DNA of 63,981 nucleotides, the filler included, from Thelocarpon superellum (Eukaryota), in NCBI GenBank assembly GCA_026025795.1. It is 4 parts of 4 records of this genome, joined end to end, with 100 filler letters (N's around TTAATTAATTAA, not from the genome) between each part and the next. Parts side by side here need not be neighbours in the genome. Positions count along the whole stretch, not along the records: positions 53,003 to 63,981 come from JAPEUG010000513.1; 3 more parts are not named here. One strand, written 5' to 3'. The translations under genes were made by a program, and so were the position numbers. Numbering within the stretch: position 1 is the stretch's first letter; every line of letters begins with the position of its first letter. Under the pieces are notes generated by a model, which made no database searches, was not told the DNA's origin, and saw only the letters and a program-made list of their open reading frames with translations. Shown here in pieces: positions 61,932 through 63,981 of this stretch.

Positions 61932-63165
61932 TCATGCCGACTTGATCGCTGCTCGCGCGATCAAAGGCTCGGAAAAGCGCCGCCAGAACATGGCGCCGAA
62001 GAAGAGGAGCATGAACTGTATGCGCACCAGGTTGAACAGGTCGGACCATGTCAGTCGATCGGGCTTGGCGTGTGGGTCGAAGCTGTCACACGTGTCCAAG
62101 ACCATCTTGGGGTCGTCGCCGATGACGCCGTCCACCTGATGGCGAATGCACCATCGCACCATGCTGGGCTTATTGACCGTCCATACGAAGAGCGAGCGCT
62201 CGGCCGCCTTGACGTCCTGGATGAAGGACTGACCCATGGGCCCCATGAGGACTTGTTGGAGCATGTTGAAGGAGACGTTGGGCAGCTTCAGGAATTGCCG
62301 TGCATAAAGGATGCCGAAGCCGATGTGGGTGATGGGAAAGGTGGGAAGGTACCTTTGGCAGAGATGAACCTGCTTGGTCTAGAGAGCCGTCATCAGGCCG
62401 GTGCTCTCGGTCAGGCGCGGGGAAGGTGGGGTTCACTCACGGCCCAGCAACCGAGTATTATCCGCCCATCCCAGGGCGTGCTTGAGGGAGCCACTTCGTG
62501 GATGGCTTTGGCGATTTGGCGTATGGTGGTTTCATGATCGGTGTCGACCTGACGCAACGTCAGCATCGAGATTCACGTCACGCCCCGAGCGGACTGCGGA
62601 CTGCGGACTGCGGACTGCGGACCTTGATGTCCAGTAGGAGCCAGAGATGGCTAGCTCCTGGGGTGGCGAGAAGCCCGAGCAGGTCGGTCAGTCGCGGCAA
62701 GGGCTCATGAGGAGCTTTGATGGTCCGAAGATGCTTGAGCTCCTCCCAGGTGCAGTCGATGATCTTCGCATCGCGACCGTAGCACCGTTGGAGCGTGGCG
62801 TCCTGCTCAACGGGTCAGCGACGGGCTGGGAGCAGACATGTCCGCGAGCTCCACTGACATGCGACAGCACCACCACGCCATCTTTGGAGAGGTGAATGTC
62901 CGTCTCGATGGCATGAGCGCCAATCGCTACGGCGCCGTTGAAGGCGGCCATGGTATTCTCGGGGTGCTGCGCTTTGTATCCTCGATGCGCAATGGCTTGG
63001 GGCATCCGCCATCCTCTTCGATCACGCCTCGCTCGGACAAAGGTGGCCGCTGCTTGATGGTCAGAGGAACGGCAGATCAGCCGGGCCATTCCGGAGGGGT
63101 AGCTTGGGCATACGACGGGGATATGATGCTGTGGTCGCCAGTAACGGTGACGTCTCGGACTTCAT
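61932..63165 (-). CDS. PGC1: Glycerophosphodiester phosphodiesterase, Pgc1-like
   Basis: IAHRGYKAQHPENTMAAF, IETDIHLSKDGVVVLSH, FVWTVN, VDGVIGDDP and a C-terminal hydrophobic anchor. Short first exon from ATG 63165 (MKSETSPLL). Confidence 0.85.
62589..62622. repeat. 7-bp tandem repeat (GCGGACT) x ~4.8 inside a PGC1 intron
   Basis: Directly visible. Confidence 0.85.
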
Positions 63166-63981
63166 CGTGGAGATGTGGGTAGCGATCTGTTGATAACTTT
63201 CGACCTTTCACCCCCGTCAAGAATTAAAGGATGTACGGTTGCTGGGAGCAGGTAAGAGCGACGATGCAGTGACCGAGAAGCGGATGCGTAGATCCTCGAA
63301 CACACCAGCCGCCATTCTGACCCTCTACCTAACCTAGTACAACTAAGTTGATGCGGCGAAGGACCAGGATCCACCCGCACGACTCACGCCGGACGCCCTC
63401 AAGTCCCATGGCCGCGTCATAAGTGAGCTTGACGCTAGGGGCTGCCCGCCTATCCGAAGGGGGCATGGGTTGGGCCAGGCAGAGGGTGGGATGACCCGGG
63501 TTGTCCAGTTGCAACGACTGTGGCGGGCGCCGCTGCCCAGTTCGGGGCTCGCCAGGACCAACTCCCGCCCAAGCACAGCCCGGATGCTCGGATTATGATT
63601 GCCGACCGTGGTTGCTGCAGGTGCTGCGTGCGCCGTGCTGCGTGCTCCGTGCTGCGTGCGGAGCAGCAGAAGAAAAACTTGGGCTGATTCATCCGTCCTC
63701 CCCACGCCCACCCAACCCGGTCGTTGGTCGACAAGCTTGAGCGCGACTCTCACCTGGTGTAACGGAGATCCGAGGTCTGCTCACCGCCATGTGGCCTGCC
63801 GTGCCCCTCCTCCCGCCGATCGCAAGGGGACCTCCAGCCCTCTGGCGGCCCTGGGCGCCTTTCTGTCCCGATCGGACGGGCCGGGTTGTTACTGGGGGCC
63901 GCTACGGCGCCGGTGCTAACTCCGGGCGGTAGCCGAGGGCCGCCAGACTGCCAGTTCTGGTCGGCACGCCATGGGCTAGAC

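Overview
GC-rich filamentous ascomycete (Pezizomycotina-like) nuclear DNA with short GT-AG introns. The window is four unrelated contigs joined by artificial 100-bp spacers (N44-TTAATTAATTAA-N44 at 17682, 35348 and 52903), so gene order across the spacers has no meaning. It holds mostly conserved housekeeping genes: TFB1, KGD1, DSC2, RER2, an ING/Pho23-like gene, PSF3, SOD2, SrkA/Rck2, a Leu3-like TF, the VPS4 3' end, prenylcysteine oxidase, BSD2, CBP6, HPC2, RBA50, TBCC, NTH1, a Ub-AN1 zinc-finger gene, gamma-tubulin and PGC1. There are also two decayed genes (an SRPK-like kinase and a GT71 mannosyltransferase) and a small secreted Cys protein. The main finding is a tRNA-Leu(CAA) gene at 34528-34713 with two interruptions: a normal anticodon-loop intron and a 53-nt insertion in the D-arm carrying spliceosomal signals (GTACGT...GTTAAC...TAG). 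Removing the insertion exactly restores the cloverleaf, suggesting a Pol III tRNA gene that needs the spliceosome to mature. All calls come from reading the sequence by eye; no searches were run.
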